Origin: Phoronis australis
Taxonomy: Eukaryota; Animalia; Phoronida
Assembly: GCA_002633005.1 (NCBI GenBank)
Contig: NMRA01000695.1
Span: 107,877 to 171,876, forward strand
DNA length: 64,000 nucleotides
Direction: 5' to 3'
The notes beneath the pieces are model-generated. The model was not told where the DNA came from, made no database searches, and saw only the letters and a program-made list of their open reading frames with translations. Position numbers and translations under genes: made by a program. Shown here piece by piece: positions 25,691-39,991 of the stretch (position 1 is its first letter; the number at the start of each line of letters is the position of its first letter).

Positions 25691-27530
25691 GTNCTCAGTA
25701 CTTGGCTTCGGAAATTAAAATTCTTGGCAAAAGCTTGGATTTTTACCTGAAAACCACTGAACGGCGACACACTGAAAAGCCGGATGCTAATACTAGAGTT
25801 TTTGGACATTCCACTCACTAGACTAGTAGGCCTGTATTTACTAGTCACTCGCCGTAGTGCCGGGCCTAAAGTACCCAAAACCACTTGCGAATTCAAATTA
25901 AGTTGGCTGTTCCAATGCCGCACGGATAGAAAACTTGCGAGTCACCGCACAAACGATTGGGGGAACACTTAAAGCTGCATTTTGTCATGATCTGCAGAAA
26001 ATCGAATTTGGCGTTTTTTGTCCTGACGGCCGTTGCGGAATATTGTAATATAAGTGCATGGGATTTCACCGTGATTATAGGCTTCAGTTCCGTTACCAAT
26101 TCATCACTGGCCGTCACGGTTCTATTTCTATTCCGCTCATGATATCAGTATAAAATACAGGCCTATGCTCTAGAATTATGACAACGGGCCCCGCGCAGTG
26201 GCCATCAGCTAAGTCTTGCCGACCGTCGTCAGTCCGGGTCCTCGTCGAGTGGAGACATCTTTTGTAAGCGCATGTCATCATCGACTGCCGATTTTTTAAT
26301 CATCTAGATGATGAAAATCCAAAGCTGATGATGTTCAAGACGAGTTTACTTAATGCATTCCAGCCGCGGGCAAATCTTACGCCAAAACACCGATTTCCAC
26401 GCAAGTAAGTTTCGCCCGCAAGTGGACGAGAAAGCGTGCGGCCGCCGTTCACCCGGCCGGCCTGAGTAGGCCCGATGGCATTGAACTCCTCGCCTAAGTT
26501 GGTGGCCCCGTTACCATGACAGATTGAAGGAAGCTCCGGCTCACTCGTATTCGATCATGCCGGGCTTGACTGAACGTGCTGGAAGAGAGAATTGCGGTCC
26601 TAAACCGGCCAACATGTTTAGCGCAAGAGTTTCAAAGTCAAAACCGAAAAGGCAAAAGACCAACATGGCTTATTGCAAAACTGAAAAGTACTACAATTTG
26701 AAATATTAGCGGTCTTTGAATTTATAGAAATATTGAGATATATAAGAGAAATTAGCGAATAGATTTTCTTCAGCATCACAATAACCTTGTTATGTTGCTA
26801 AGACGATAAGTATTGCTTATAACTGATGCCAGCCCTCGCTCAGCGGCTAGCATGAATATTCCCCACCTGATGTTCCGCCGGCATCCAGGTTTGATGGTGA
26901 ATGAACAAATGAACCTTTAGCTTAAGTTAGGTCCAGTAGTTCATGTCAGAGACGACACGACACAGTATGTTCAGGATATGGACATGCAAGACTTTGCAAC
27001 ACTGTTTTAACCAAATGAATTTACGTATGAAGGACTGCCAAGGAAGCAAGCAAATAAAATCCTCCGGTGGTGTTATATGCTAGAGATATTGTTATGGCTA
27101 GGAAAGCTGTTCGTACTAATAAAATTGAGGACCATGGAATCTGAACTCAGGCTGTATGAGGTAGACTAGTCAGTCAATCGACCTGAACATACCTGTATAC
27201 ATTAATTGTGAGACCGTCAAATGGTGTTTTGCGTAAAACGCAGATTCTTCATGGGAACTTACTCAAGCTCATAGCAGATAGTATAAACTCTAGCTGTTAC
27301 GAGGTATTCGTGTCGTGTTGTGGTTACATGCAATGGCGATGATATATTCATTGTGGCAACCTTCATAGTCACCTTCAGTACTGAAGGTTACATGTACTTG
27401 AACCTAGAGTTCTAACACTTTTTGAGCATTCAAGTTGTGGTAGAAGTATGCCCACGGTTACATTTCTAAAGTGTTGCAAAATAATTTGGTGCCAGTTGAT
27501 TGTCTTTCATTTTCTCTCTCTGTCTGACTA

Positions 27531-27731
27531 TTACGGTGGCCCAAATACGCTGGACCAATAGCAGACAGTAAAAAAATAACATTACGAAAAAAATCACTCT
27601 TCTCCGCGGAGAAAACCATTTTCTCCATGCAAAAATTCTCCGCGGAGAAAACCTTTCCGGAAAGGTTTAATCCGCGGAGAAAAGGGATCTTTTCGTGATA
27701 TTTTTTTCAACGTCAGCTTTGGGCCACAATA
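27531..27731. mobile_element. MITE with internal TCCGCGGAGAAA repeats
   Basis: GTGGCCCAAA...TTTGGGCCAC inverted ends; three TCCGCGGAGAAA units inside. Confidence 0.55.
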
Positions 27732-28052
27732 GACCATCATGGTAAAGTTATTTTTTTCGCTGTCCGTTATCTGTTGTTGTTAAGTATATTATGTTCAGTC
27801 AAAACACAGTTTATCTTTTAATTTCGGGACGCCATTCTTCTGTAGGGGTATGTGTGTAGGGGGACGGGCTGTCTGGTCGCTCGGCGTTCATTTGTTCGCT
27901 TCTTATTGAAAGGCAAGTGCTCAAGAGGCTTTTCGTGGTTTGAATCAGTCTTTTATTGGAGTTTGTGAAGTGTGACTGTGTCGTTGATATTCGGACAATA
28001 TATTGATTAAACAGCAGTCGCTGGTCTAATTTTGTGAATCGCGAACCTTTGA

Positions 28053-28589
28053 CCTAGCACACAAACCCACGCATTCACTCCGCTTTCGACAACAATGGTA
28101 AAATTTAATCACCCATTTCTGGATCTAGCAAGCTGTCTATTACTTCCAAACTATATTTCATTGAGGACTGGAACTGCTAAAATATTTGCTTAAGCTTCAA
28201 TAAATGGTAGATGTGATATTTCGCTAGAAAATCAAAAATTATTTTTTGTCGAAGAAATATCGAGGATTCCCAAAAGAACGCTTGGCTGCGTTAATTATTT
28301 TTTCACTTTAATCATTGAAGCAAAGTTTAGAAACATCTACTCAAAAGTTTCAATAAAATCATAGAAGACTCCAAGATACCTACAGTATTTTATAAATATA
28401 AACATTTGTACACAAACGATGAAAATGCTTGCTGCTTTCTCCGCTGAGTGTGTTCTCGATGTAACTGTAATGTAGTGTGGGTAAATTGCATCGTGGACTG
28501 CTTTGTCTAAAACAACTGTATTATGTGAAGGTGTCTGAGGGCCCCCATGAAAAGCAGTGAGAACTGATGGGTCTACCTTCATTGTAAAT
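28053..28589 (+). mobile_element. About 540-bp LINE-like 3' fragment, copy 2
   Basis: Direct repeat of 25126-25667 with few substitutions and the same 5' boundary CCTAGCACAC. Confidence 0.6.
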
Positions 28590-29193
28590 TTAAAGTCTTC
28601 CGTCATAACCACCAGAACAGGATACTGTCAGTTTTGTGGCCGATTATGTATTTTGTGGGCCACGGGGCAGGGTTGACTACTAAAAGTGCCTGATTAAGTT
28701 CACCCGAGTAGTAAAACAATAAAATCTGTTGTATTTTCGCAATTTCAGAATAAATCACTGATATCTAACAGAGACTACAGTCAACTTAGTTAACTGAAAT
28801 CATGGCGGCGACCTCATCAGCTGCTTCGTTCACTAGTATGCGCTGTTTGGTCGACGCGGGCGGTGTGATCCGAATACTGCTAAGCGAAGTCTGCAACAAA
28901 ATTTATTTGCTAACCTTCTGAGTGCAGGTGAGGAGTCACCCTGGACGAGTAACATAAAACATTCTTGGAACGAAATATAGTCCTGGACTGCCGTGCGGCG
29001 AGATGAGTTGAATGATTTCCATTTCCAGAAGCCGTTAACGCTTGCTCGCCAGGTAGACAGCCGAGCAGGTTTACATTCTTCTCGCATATTCTAGAAATAT
29101 GTTGACAGTCATGATTTATTTCCATTGAATTTAAGGGTAAACCTCTTAAGGTTTGCCCTTAAAAATTGTTTTTAAGAAGAACTTTTGATGTTT

Positions 29194-32100
29194 TCAATCT
29201 TGGACTAGTTTTCCGATAGTATTCCCTCGTTGAGTACATTGACGAGCACAAATACGGAACGGTTTGGCTGGCTTGAAAGTAGTAGTCCACATACTATCCT
29301 CGGGCAACTTATCGACACCCGGAGGGGTTGTCAGGATGAACCTCTGTAGAATACAGGTGGTAAATAAGAACAGCTCTTGCTTGGCTAGCTGCTGGCCCAT
29401 GCAACTTCGTGAACCTAAAATAGATAAAAGAGTGCAACTTTACTTGCTTCCTGGATGCTTTTCTTCCACTCTTCAGATGATGGCCACTAAATATTTTGCC
29501 ATGTCCGTCGGGTTGAATCGTAACCTACAAGAACCCAACCCTGCACTGAGCCCGGGGCATTAACTCGATTGTGGATTGAGTGCGCATTTGGAATATCAGG
29601 TATTCAACCAATTAGACAGTGGATTTTGTTCCAGAAAGACCATAAATCCGTTTATAGGGGCGACGGATTATCCTGAAACTTTCAAAAGATGCTATGCCAT
29701 TGCCAAAATGAGTTCCCAACAAAATAAAATATGCAGATATTGAAATATCTTCTGCAGGTTGGTGTAGGTGAAAAAATGAGCCTTTTGTGGAGTTTCAAAT
29801 TATCGAACCATACCCCTTAATGGCTAACGAAAGCTCGTCGTATGAATTAACGAGAAGGATGACAACTAATTTAGATCAATACGGCATCAACATTGGAACA
29901 CGCATCCGTACTTTAGTTGGAGAGGGCATGCTCGGCAGACGCATCTTCCGGATTTTACGGTTAATTTCCCCTTTTCAGTCAAAATTTCAACCTCAAATCA
30001 GGAAAGATTTTTATCGAAGTCAGTAGTGCCTGAAACTGCTATCCTTACCTAGCCAGCCACTACGCTGCATGTGATTTTACAAAATATTCCCGAAATATAG
30101 GAAATGGGAACGAGGTAATCGTAGCCTAAACGCTTAGTTCCAGCTATACGTTCATGCGTTTTTTGTCAATGAGCAAGCGAGTGAACAAGAATGCGATTTT
30201 CACACAACGGAGTAGCAAGTGGTACGAACTCGCGCGGATCAACTTTACAAGTAAAGGGTATTAAGTGTACTAAATCACGATTGGTTTAGTCTTAGACAAA
30301 GCTGATCCGCCATCTTGATCATACTTTCATACTCATCTGACGGAGAAGTTATTTCAGGTTTGCAAAGGACGGACAGTTCATTATTCATTGACACCGTGCT
30401 TGTTTTGACTAAGAAACAATTTGAGACCAATGTCATAACGACAAGTGGTATAAATCAGAAGTTGGTTTTGTGATGGAGAAGGGGTTTACTGAGGCTTTAG
30501 TTATAACAATTTTAGTCGCCTTCGACCTCCATGTGAAATCATTTCCTCAACTTCAGTTGTCCCGATGGCGGAATTCAAACGTAACTCGAAATAAAATTTT
30601 TCGTACTTATTCGAAAACTAGCAAGGACCGTTTTCATAGGAATGATGTCCGCATAATTACAAACAAACGCCAGTAAGTAGCCCATATCATAGGCCTATGC
30701 CAATGTACTATGCCCAGGCGCCTTTTTTCGGAAGGACGCGTTTCATTCAAGACATTTTTGCTCCAACTTTTTGCCATATTGACGCGTGCGCCTACACTTC
30801 ACTTACAGGCGCAGGTTGCGAACCCTTCAGTATGGTCATGTTCTAAAGTGGCAAATGCTTTTAAGCACTTTAATACATTTAGTAAAAAAGTAGGAAAAGT
30901 ATTTTCCCGCTTTATTAATAAACTTTAAAACTGAATACACGCCAATTATCCCTCTCTAAACAAGACACGTGTAAGAAAGTCACCCTTTATGAAAGGGTTG
31001 CTATTACTTGCAATAACGCTATAGTAGGCTTATTGCTGCAAGTTAAATCATTGAGGATTTCATTCCAGTTAATTCGGAAATGTTTATAATAGAGGTAACG
31101 CCGTGTACTGTAGGAGTCCCTACAGTTTCCTTGTCGGACGATTGCTGGGTGTCTCAACACTCAGGTTAGTGAAACGCAGCCTAATTGAAACAGGTGTGGG
31201 TTTCATTGTTTATACTTACCCGTTTGCCAGCAAAAAGGACAGGCCTTCCAACATATTAGCAGAATTTGTCAAAAAAGAGACCTTCAGTAGGGTTGTGTAC
31301 CTCTTTCCTGGATATCCTCCGACACGAAGTATATGCAAGAGTGTACTATTCACAAAATGCTTTAAAATGTATCTACTGAAGGAACTGAAAAAGGCACTTC
31401 GTTTTTTTAGCTGAAGCACTGTTGGATCGAGGATGTTGAGGGGCAGTTTTCAAAGGACAAACCTTCAGGATAGCAAATGGCTGCCGTTCTGTCTGTCTTT
31501 TTTCATGTCAATCCACCCCTCCCCCCTCCCTGTACAGGAATTATTAACTTATATGTAAATGTGTGGCCCAGGTGAGAAATCAGAAAGAACATTAAGTAAA
31601 CTATATGGATTCGTTAAACACACACGTTTTAAGCATTAACAAGTGTACTAACTTGCAAGCAGGAAAAAGGCGCTGACTTCAAATGCACATGTTTTCGCCG
31701 AAAAAAACAGCAATATGATTACCAATCACAAAAAGTATGATTGAATTTATCATCTTGCAGAACTCATTTTGTGATTAATTATTGAATCTGGAACATAAAC
31801 TTCAGTACATGAACAGTGTAACATACCTGCCCCGAATTGAACCAAATGTTCGCTCAAAATCAGGTCACCGGTTTGACAATCTATGAATCTATCAGGGTTG
31901 AAGACATCCGGGTTTGGAAAAGTGTCTGGATCATTTAACACTGAGTAAAGATTAAGTGCAATCTGAAATAAACACATTCTTGTTAGGGGTCGCGTTTTCT
32001 CGCAAAAGGGATTATAGTCGGTTATAACGTGCCCGTATTTTGAGAACCAGTTCGATGCCTGTTATTTAGCGAAGAAAACTAGATCTCAAAATTTGGGCAT

Positions 32101-35100
32101 GTTACATCCGACAATTACCGCGAAAAGCCAATAAATGCCCTTACAAAAGTAAAAATATCCCACAATTCAAAGTTTAGTGGGTTAGTGTGTACCGTAGTGT
32201 ACCTATTAGGTACAAGTGATATTCCAAAGCAAGTGTCGTTTGAACAGTTACCCGGAAGCAGAAAAAGTACGAACTTGTTGCTTAATCACACAAACAAAAA
32301 ATAACATACCGCTTAGGCACGATTCTGGACGCTGTGGGCGTCTTTCCGCAGAGATATCAACACTTAGGCCTACATTTTATTTTAGGTTGAAAACCGGACA
32401 CTGAAACCTCGGCAAATCGTTGCTATGGGCAAAGATAGTATGTATCTATAATATCTTCGATATGGGGACGGCGATAAACCCGTGTTCCTTGGAAGAAACT
32501 GAATTTTGATTTAGACCACTTCAGTTATGAATTTGATCCCAACTTGTTAGTACTCAGATGAGAAGAGATTTTTGGTTTTACAGTGACAGAGCTGGCATTT
32601 TGTATTTTCTCAAGACTATGCTCGGCGAGTAAAATGGCACGCCGTGTTATTAGTCTTAGTCAGCTTCGAGTCAAGCAATAAATAACTGAGAAATCCTTCC
32701 AATCCGAGAAATAACAAATTTTGACCTAAGAACAAATCGTTAGCACTTTCATAACGGTAAGAGTTCTAAAATTGTTTTCTGTGACGAAAGGCGAAGTTAT
32801 AGCTGCTTTAGAAAAATGCGTCAATTAAAATTTCCAAAAACGTGACTGTAAAATTGTATTAGCTGTCTTCAGTTGTCACGGTACGTGTTTCACTCAAGTA
32901 ATAATTCTAACTAAGATATTCACTGAATAACTGTGAGCATGCAGGCATACTGTAAGTGTACATACTGTAAGTGTACACACTTGGTCTTTGAATGGAACAC
33001 AGGCGAAAATTCTATCAGCAACCTTTTGACTAGACTTACAGGGGTTCCGGCAGGCACTGGATATCCCATTAAGGTGGTATCTTTGAGTGTTAGGTGAAAC
33101 GGTGCAATTGGAAGCACGGGGCTTATTCTGAGCACCTCTCTAAGAACCGCTTCCGTGTATGGCATGCTTTCCCTGTCATTCAAAGATGGGATGCGATCCT
33201 GGCCGACAATTGATAGAATTTCGTTCCTCATTTGGTCTTGTACAGTGGGATTGTTAACCATGTACAAAACGAACCACTGTAAAGTAACAGCCGTGGTTTC
33301 GGCCCCCGCAATGAAAAGTTCGTACAACAAAAATGTCAATTGCTCCACATTAAAACTTGGGTCTTCTCTCTCCTTCATGATTTTAATGTAAGCGTCAATA
33401 AAATCTCGCAAATTCTCTTCATCAAACGTTTTTTGGTGTTCCACAATGTGCCGGTGGCAGAAGTCGGTTAACTTTCTGTGAGCGATCGCGTACCTTTCGC
33501 GTGACATTTTTACCGACGACAACCATTGGAAATCCGGATTAAGTGTCCCGTATGGTCTGTCTGTAAACCATTCCAGTACACCGTTTGTAGCCTTTTTCAG
33601 ATATCTGCAATAAATCAAGATCGCACGTTATACCGTTTTTGCTTTCCCGCATATGACACACGTTTGTACAAGAAACTCGAGTGTTGGCGAGCATGACGCA
33701 CTGGCGCTCAGTACGTCACACTCATGTCCGTGTAGCTAAGAAACTTTCAATTGAAGTCGCTTCTCTTCTACTTTTTGGGATATAGAATTTACGACTGATA
33801 TGCAGTGCTATAAACGAAAGTTTATTGCTGCTGACAGTCAAAACAAGATATGTGGTGGTTTTTAGCACTTTAAAAAGGCGGTCGCCATTTTCAAGAAAAT
33901 ACTATTTACAGTCGAACTAATGGACTTCCTCAATATTTTCAAACCACAATACGCCATTAATATACTACATATCATACAACAACGAAAGTGGTTATATTCT
34001 GTTTACAACGGACCGCTCCATCTTATAAAATAAATTATTTTCTCCCCGTTAAGCAGAAAGTCTGCTCTTACTTTTAGAGAATAGCTAAAAATCGTTGATT
34101 TGGCACTTAACCCTTCATGATAGCGTTTTCCAAGTTTGACTTAAATACTTTTGCATAGATTCGTTTTTAGGTCTAGAGATTCCGCTAAGCAACCATGAAC
34201 TAAGACATGTAACGTATTTTTGTCTTTCAATTACTCACGCCAGTTGCTTGTCAGTGTGATCGTAGCGTTCTCCGAACACCATGCTGCAGATAATATTTGC
34301 CACACTTGCCTCTATTAATCGGCCGATACAGAAGGGCTTCGCTTTCTCGCCTTCTACGACGTTTAGAGTGTACTGAATTTCCTCTAAAATCCTGTTTTCA
34401 AATCTACGTTTTCCGAAGCCAAAGCTCTTGAGGATACCAAGACAAGTTGCACGACGAGTCTTCCATTCATCACAGTACTTGCCCTCAAGGATCCCTGTTT
34501 ACAAAAAACACGACGAGTTCTCGTCACTACATTTCCTACAATTCTGTTGAAACGCACGTAAGGCTTACTCAGTGAAACGTACGCCATGAAACTACATTGC
34601 TTTACGATAAGTACAGTCACCAGAAATTGAGCGCTTGGTCAAATATTGAACAGAAACTGTATGGAAAATTATTTCACTGTTGTTTCGAATTCTGTAAATT
34701 ACAACAAAGTAAACAATTAAGCTCTGAGCCCATATTTAATTTGCCGTTTCAGCTTAGATTTAACTGTCCAATCGCAAATTTCTGAGTGAAACTGAATTGA
34801 CAGACCAAAGTAATCTCCTACCCGTTGTTTCGAACACGTGTATTTTAAAAGCCACTGTTTATGATGAGAGAACGAAAGTTGGGAACATTTTTTTCAAGAT
34901 ATCGTATCGCTTGACATATCAATTTCTAAAGTGGCTTGTTTATGTCGAAAACTATTAGTAGGTCTGTGGGTTTTGAACACGAGATCAGTTGTAGACCCGT
35001 TGGCAGCTTCAATGCTTATGTACATGTATATTGTTTACCGAGTCTTTTGGGATTCACGCTCAGTTGCTTAGGCTCACAGAAACGTCCTGCGTAATCGGTT

Positions 35101-37702
35101 CCCTTAACGGAAAGAACCTCTTTGATAGCTGGGTAACCATTTGCCACGACAAATGTGAACCTGAAAGGTAAAAAATATAACAATGGAGTGCCTTATTGTT
35201 TGATTTTCTTTCCATTCGCAGTAGAGTTCGTTGTTTCAAGAACACGTTGTTTGTAATTACGAAATCCAAAATGTTTTCGCAATGCTTCGGCAGCTTCCAT
35301 GTTTCTAATTACCTAAATAGTGGGGCCAATTAACTGATTAGTGTCGTTATGTTGCACCTTATCGAAATGCCTTGTACATATTTAGCCAACAAATCTACAA
35401 AACTATTTGTAGGCTTGGATTGACTTTTAACTTTAACCTGTGATTAACTAGATCATGTAACCATATATTTTAGTACAGCTTTGTAAAAAAAAACAGAAGT
35501 TACATTCAGTGCAAGGTATCAAAGCATGGCTTATTTTCATTCACATAAATGTTCAAGATGAAATATCAAAACTTTCTTACAGTTTTCTAAGATACCAAAA
35601 GCGTGTTGCGCATAACGCGTACTATGTGAAACTTTCATACGAATTCGATCAGCCAGAAATTTTCGATATAATATAACGTTACGAAGTTATAGTCAAATTT
35701 GGACATATGTATGACATTATCAACAATTCGGGGTACTTAACGAAATGTCTACGAAATTATATTAGACTTTTACTCAGCAAAAGTATACATTTCATCAAAG
35801 GGCAAAGCCTTTAGATTCTGATTTTTGACGTTTTACCAATTTGCCATTAATATTTAGCAAAAAAGAAAGATGCAATGACAGCAGAACAACTGTAACAATT
35901 ACGTAACCAAAATGTGATTAGATATCATTGTTAAAGTTCAAATGTCAAAAAAACGCTGCAGCTATAATTTTCTAAGCTACCACTTAGTTTTCGTATCATG
36001 CAATTTGATTTTCTTTAGTTTTCATGAAAATGAAAGAACTCCTATTTTTAATAGTCCCTTGTAAAAAATCTGGACATTTAAAACACGTAACAGCTTTTTA
36101 GAAAACTCTGTTTTCATATCAACGATCGACACGTGCATATTAGGTTTAGCCTAATTCATTTACAAGACGTCTTGACACCACTTCTGCAGTGGTCAGGTAT
36201 AAGGAGTCCCGTGTCTATGCGATATGAATAGTCGGGATCGTGTAATAAAACCAAACATGCGTCCATGTTCTTTTTTCTGCTCATTAGACAATTCATTTCC
36301 AATTGGTGAGCAGATGCAATTTCACCCGATTTCGTGTAAATCTAAAGCTTTGGTGATAAAATATTTGTACTCCAGTCTGCAAACTGTTCTACCAGTGTAA
36401 AAATAAGCCAATTGGACGTAGCATCGCTCTGAGTATTAATTGAGTTATTAATTTATCTATGAAGTAACAATTTCTTTTATTTAATGTATGGTGACGGTGA
36501 TCAGGGCATTAAAGTTTCTTGTTGTTGCTTTGAGGTAACACGTTATTTTCATGATCTCGTGTATAAAATCAAATAAAAATCGAATATCCAGTGGCCAGTT
36601 GCATGAAACAGTCCCAAACAGGGACTCAACTAATTTCCCTAAACCTACTGCGTACTTGTGGAATCAGTGTAAAAACACCGATTGTCCTTTCTTATGCTGT
36701 TTTAGTTTCATTACTGAGTCAATTTTTGGCTTTGATACAAATCGAGAAGGGACTAGACGTTGAATTCTCAATATTATCGAAAATGTATAGGGATCCTAAG
36801 TTAAGGACTAAGTCCGTATTTATTTTCATTGAATTCAGGGCTCACTTACATTATTAGAAAATGTCTGTAGTCAAAGAGGAGATCACAATAAAGATGAAAT
36901 GATAAAAAAGATTACATCTGAGAAGACGTCAATAGGCAAAAGATTTAGGGAAATTAGTTGAGTCCCTATTTGGGACTGTTTCATGCAACCCGGCACAGGT
37001 CTTTTTATTAGTCGTGTTTCGCCAGTGGTTGTGCCAAGTACTTGAAAATATAACCGAAGACAATACGAAATGACATTTCCTTACTCGACCGCATAAATGG
37101 GGCTCGCCCCGAAACAAATTGCAATCCTGTCACGAACCGATTTAAAACTTGCTCCATAAAAAATACATTGCCTACTATGGTACTGGATTGGGAACAGTTA
37201 TCGGGACACTGTCTACACTGACTTACACTAGTATGAACGAAGTCAAAGGATGTACACTGAGTAGAGTTTAACAACTGTGTAGCGGTGAGAAAAATCTAGC
37301 CAAGATCATGACGTGCCCCGATTGAAAATGCACGGCAATATTTCACGGCTTCTCGCGAGATCTTGCTTTTCTAGCGAGACACTAGCGATATTGAACTCTC
37401 CCCTGGTACTTCCTTTTTATCGTTTTCCAGCTCTTGGGATCAACTCACCCTGATGAGTTCAGCTTGAATACTGGTCCTTTCATTTTTGCTAATGTCATTA
37501 GAGCCTTGCCGGGATGTTTTTTAACCATCTTTGTCACTAGGTCAGGAAGTGGTAAGTAACTCAACATCAGGCCGAGATATGGAGGAATGGAGGGAAACGT
37601 TGGAATGATACGCTCTTTTTTCCCCTTTTTGGCACGGTTCGTCCACAAATACAGCACAGCGAGCACACAGACTATCACCGGCAGCCAAACAACCGAGTCC
37701 AT
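29194..37702 (-). CDS. Cytochrome P450, CYP2 clan, 517 aa
   Basis: Exons 37702-37449, 35160-35039, 34494-34239, 33604-33040, 31962-31827 and 29414-29194 (1554 nt, in frame). N-terminal TM anchor, WKTRR (WxxxR), RDFIDAY, AGAETT (I helix), EVLR (ExxR), PDRF, heme motif FGAGSRSCMG. Confidence 0.95.
36598..36989. mobile_element. MITE with about 45-bp TIRs in CYP intron 1
   Basis: GTTGCATGAAACAGTCCCAAACAGGGACTCAACTAATTTCCCTAAA is mirrored at about 36944-36989. Confidence 0.75.
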
Positions 37703-38957
37703 GTTTTTGGTTCAGGCAGAGTATACTTACAGTGTTTACATTTTTGGCAGGCCCCGACAGTCGAGGACTGTGACCGAGGATATTAAGGTAATGGACTTTG
37801 TACAGTTCACCTTAAGATCCCCGGGGGCATTACTCCCTTAGGAGAGTTGTATTCTACGGTTGAACGGGAGGGGCCGCTCAGAAAGTTTTTTTTCGAGGTC
37901 GATTTCCCTACTAAAAATTGGCTTTTCCGACAAAATTCCTCACAAAAAAGTGCCGCCGATTTAACTCATAACAAAAGGGAACACTCATTTTGACAATATG
38001 GCACCACTCCTTGTAGGGTTTAAGAGGCAGGTTTATGGAAATAATGCCTACAAAGGATTCATCTCTTGAACAATTTTCAACGAAAGTGTGACTGTTTCTT
38101 TGTAGGCGCTCCCTAAAACTGGGCCCCATTTTCTGATTTCTTTTTCTAAATGCGTGGGAATCCCAATTTTACAAACTGCCTCCCATCAAAATAAATCGAG
38201 ATACCCCCGGAATGAAGTCAAAGCCAACGGGGGTTATATAGCCGGGCTATCGTAACATATACACAACTCGCAACGAGTCTCGATTTAAAGTCTAAAGAAC
38301 AACTCAGATAACTTGTTTGTTAGCATTTCCAATTTAGAATTGTCATTGAAGATTATTATTACTTACGAGTGTACGAATAACGGAACACTAAAGATCTTGT
38401 TTTTGGGCGTTTGTATCCTTCACGCAAGTTTCAAATGACAGCGTCTCAACGCAAGCAAATCGTTTTTACTTCATTTGTGTCTCCGTGGAGAGTAAACGTG
38501 ATTCATCCACTCTCTCTTTGAGAGACAAACTGGTCCATTTGGAACGATGTCGACTGTCTTTTTTAAAGCTGCCAAGAACACAGCAACTCGCCCATAGCGT
38601 TAGTAACGCCTATTTAGCATTATTTAATATTCATCCAAACTTTAAGAATTGCCCTACATTTCTCGTGATCTAGTTCGTTCATTCACTAAAAGAGGATTTA
38701 GCACATTTTTAATAGAGGGCTAACTGTAACGGACACCGAAACCACTAGTGTCATGTTTTACAATTGCTCCTAGTATAGGTTTACGCTCAGAGGCGAATGC
38801 ATAGCCTTTTATCTGAAGGATGTCCTTAATGCCTCTTTATATTTTAAAAGATATTTTAATAGCAAAGGAATAGTCACGTTGAAAGAACAGTGTGTGTGAC
38901 CCGCTTCAAAATCATGATACAGGGTTTGCCAAAAAACGAACACACAAAGTTAAAGTT

Positions 38958-39011
38958 TACCAACTAAAATGTATATAGGAATTTTAATTCCTATATACAT
39001 TTTAGTTGGTA
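38958..39011. repeat. Perfect palindrome, 26-bp arms, 2-nt spacer
   Basis: TACCAACTAAAATGTATATAGGAATT tt AATTCCTATATACATTTTAGTTGGTA. Confidence 0.9.
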
Positions 39012-39769
39012 GAAATTTTGTTAATCCTACATTAAAATGTAGGATTAACAAAATTTCTACGAGGCCAGCTTGTTTTGACTCATACCGTACAAACTGCACC
39101 CTTTCTCGCCTTGAGAGGTAGCAACTTAACAATACGTGTTCCGACAGGTTTTTTTGGCGTCGCCAAAATACATGGGCCCGGGGTCTCTCGCATCTATTCG
39201 AAACTTTATCAATAGCCCTTCGAGAAAATTAACACATTTGTTCTTAAATTATGCTACGTTTCGAGTTTGAATCCGAGTCGAGTCTCAATTCGGAGACGAT
39301 TAGATACTGGGTCCAGGGTTGCACAAAATAATACATTAATTGATAACCACAATAAGAACATATACTACAGCAAATCTCATTAAGATTTTCTATGGAACTC
39401 ACTGGGGCGTCCAGGCCGAAAACCATCGCTAGTGCAATAAAAATGTGAAGAGCAAACGTTAACATGATAGGCACGTATAACCAGGGACGGGTTCTGCGGG
39501 CGGGGGCGGATTCGGCGACCTCGCAGACTTCATATGAGCAACTTGAGACTCGATGGAAGGTAGGTGTCCAACGCAAGAAATCTGCCGCAAATGGGCGTAG
39601 TCAGGTGCTGTAGTGATATTAGATGTAAGTAGGCGCCCAAAGCCCGGCCATCGTATCCCCTTGTGCACTCAATTTTAAAAGTGCACTGCCCCGGAATTCG
39701 CAAAACCTAACTCATAAACATGTTGGCCTATTTTTTGACTCACGAGTGGGTATTTATTGTTCGAGTCTG

Positions 39770-39991
39770 CAGTGGCGAATTAAGGATGTTGCAGAAAGGG
39801 GGCCCCAACCCGGCATACATATAGGAAGGCAAAGGTCCGCGCCTGCATTACAAGCGCGGTCTCCGAAGGGGGGCTCATTGGCCCAAACACAATTATAAAG
39901 GAAAATAGGCGCATAACGCCCAGAAACGATATGTTGGCGGCGTTTTTAGTCGCCCATGGGGTGTCTCCTCGGTCCCCTTTATCCGCCTATG
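39770..39991. mobile_element. MITE of the CAGTGGCG...CGCCTATG family
   Basis: Same terminal sequences as 894-3329; flanks GTCTG/GTATG (4 of 5 match, 5-bp TSD). Confidence 0.7.

Noticed and set aside
25001-25812. About 120-bp direct repeat (25001-25126 and 25694-25812)
   Set aside because: The second copy starts right after an n, which is typical of a contig-overlap or haplotype artefact.
28802-28921. Short ATGGCGGCG ORF faintly resembling the 63739 minus-strand ORF (MAA...RILxxxVC)
   Set aside because: The similarity is too weak and an early stop follows.
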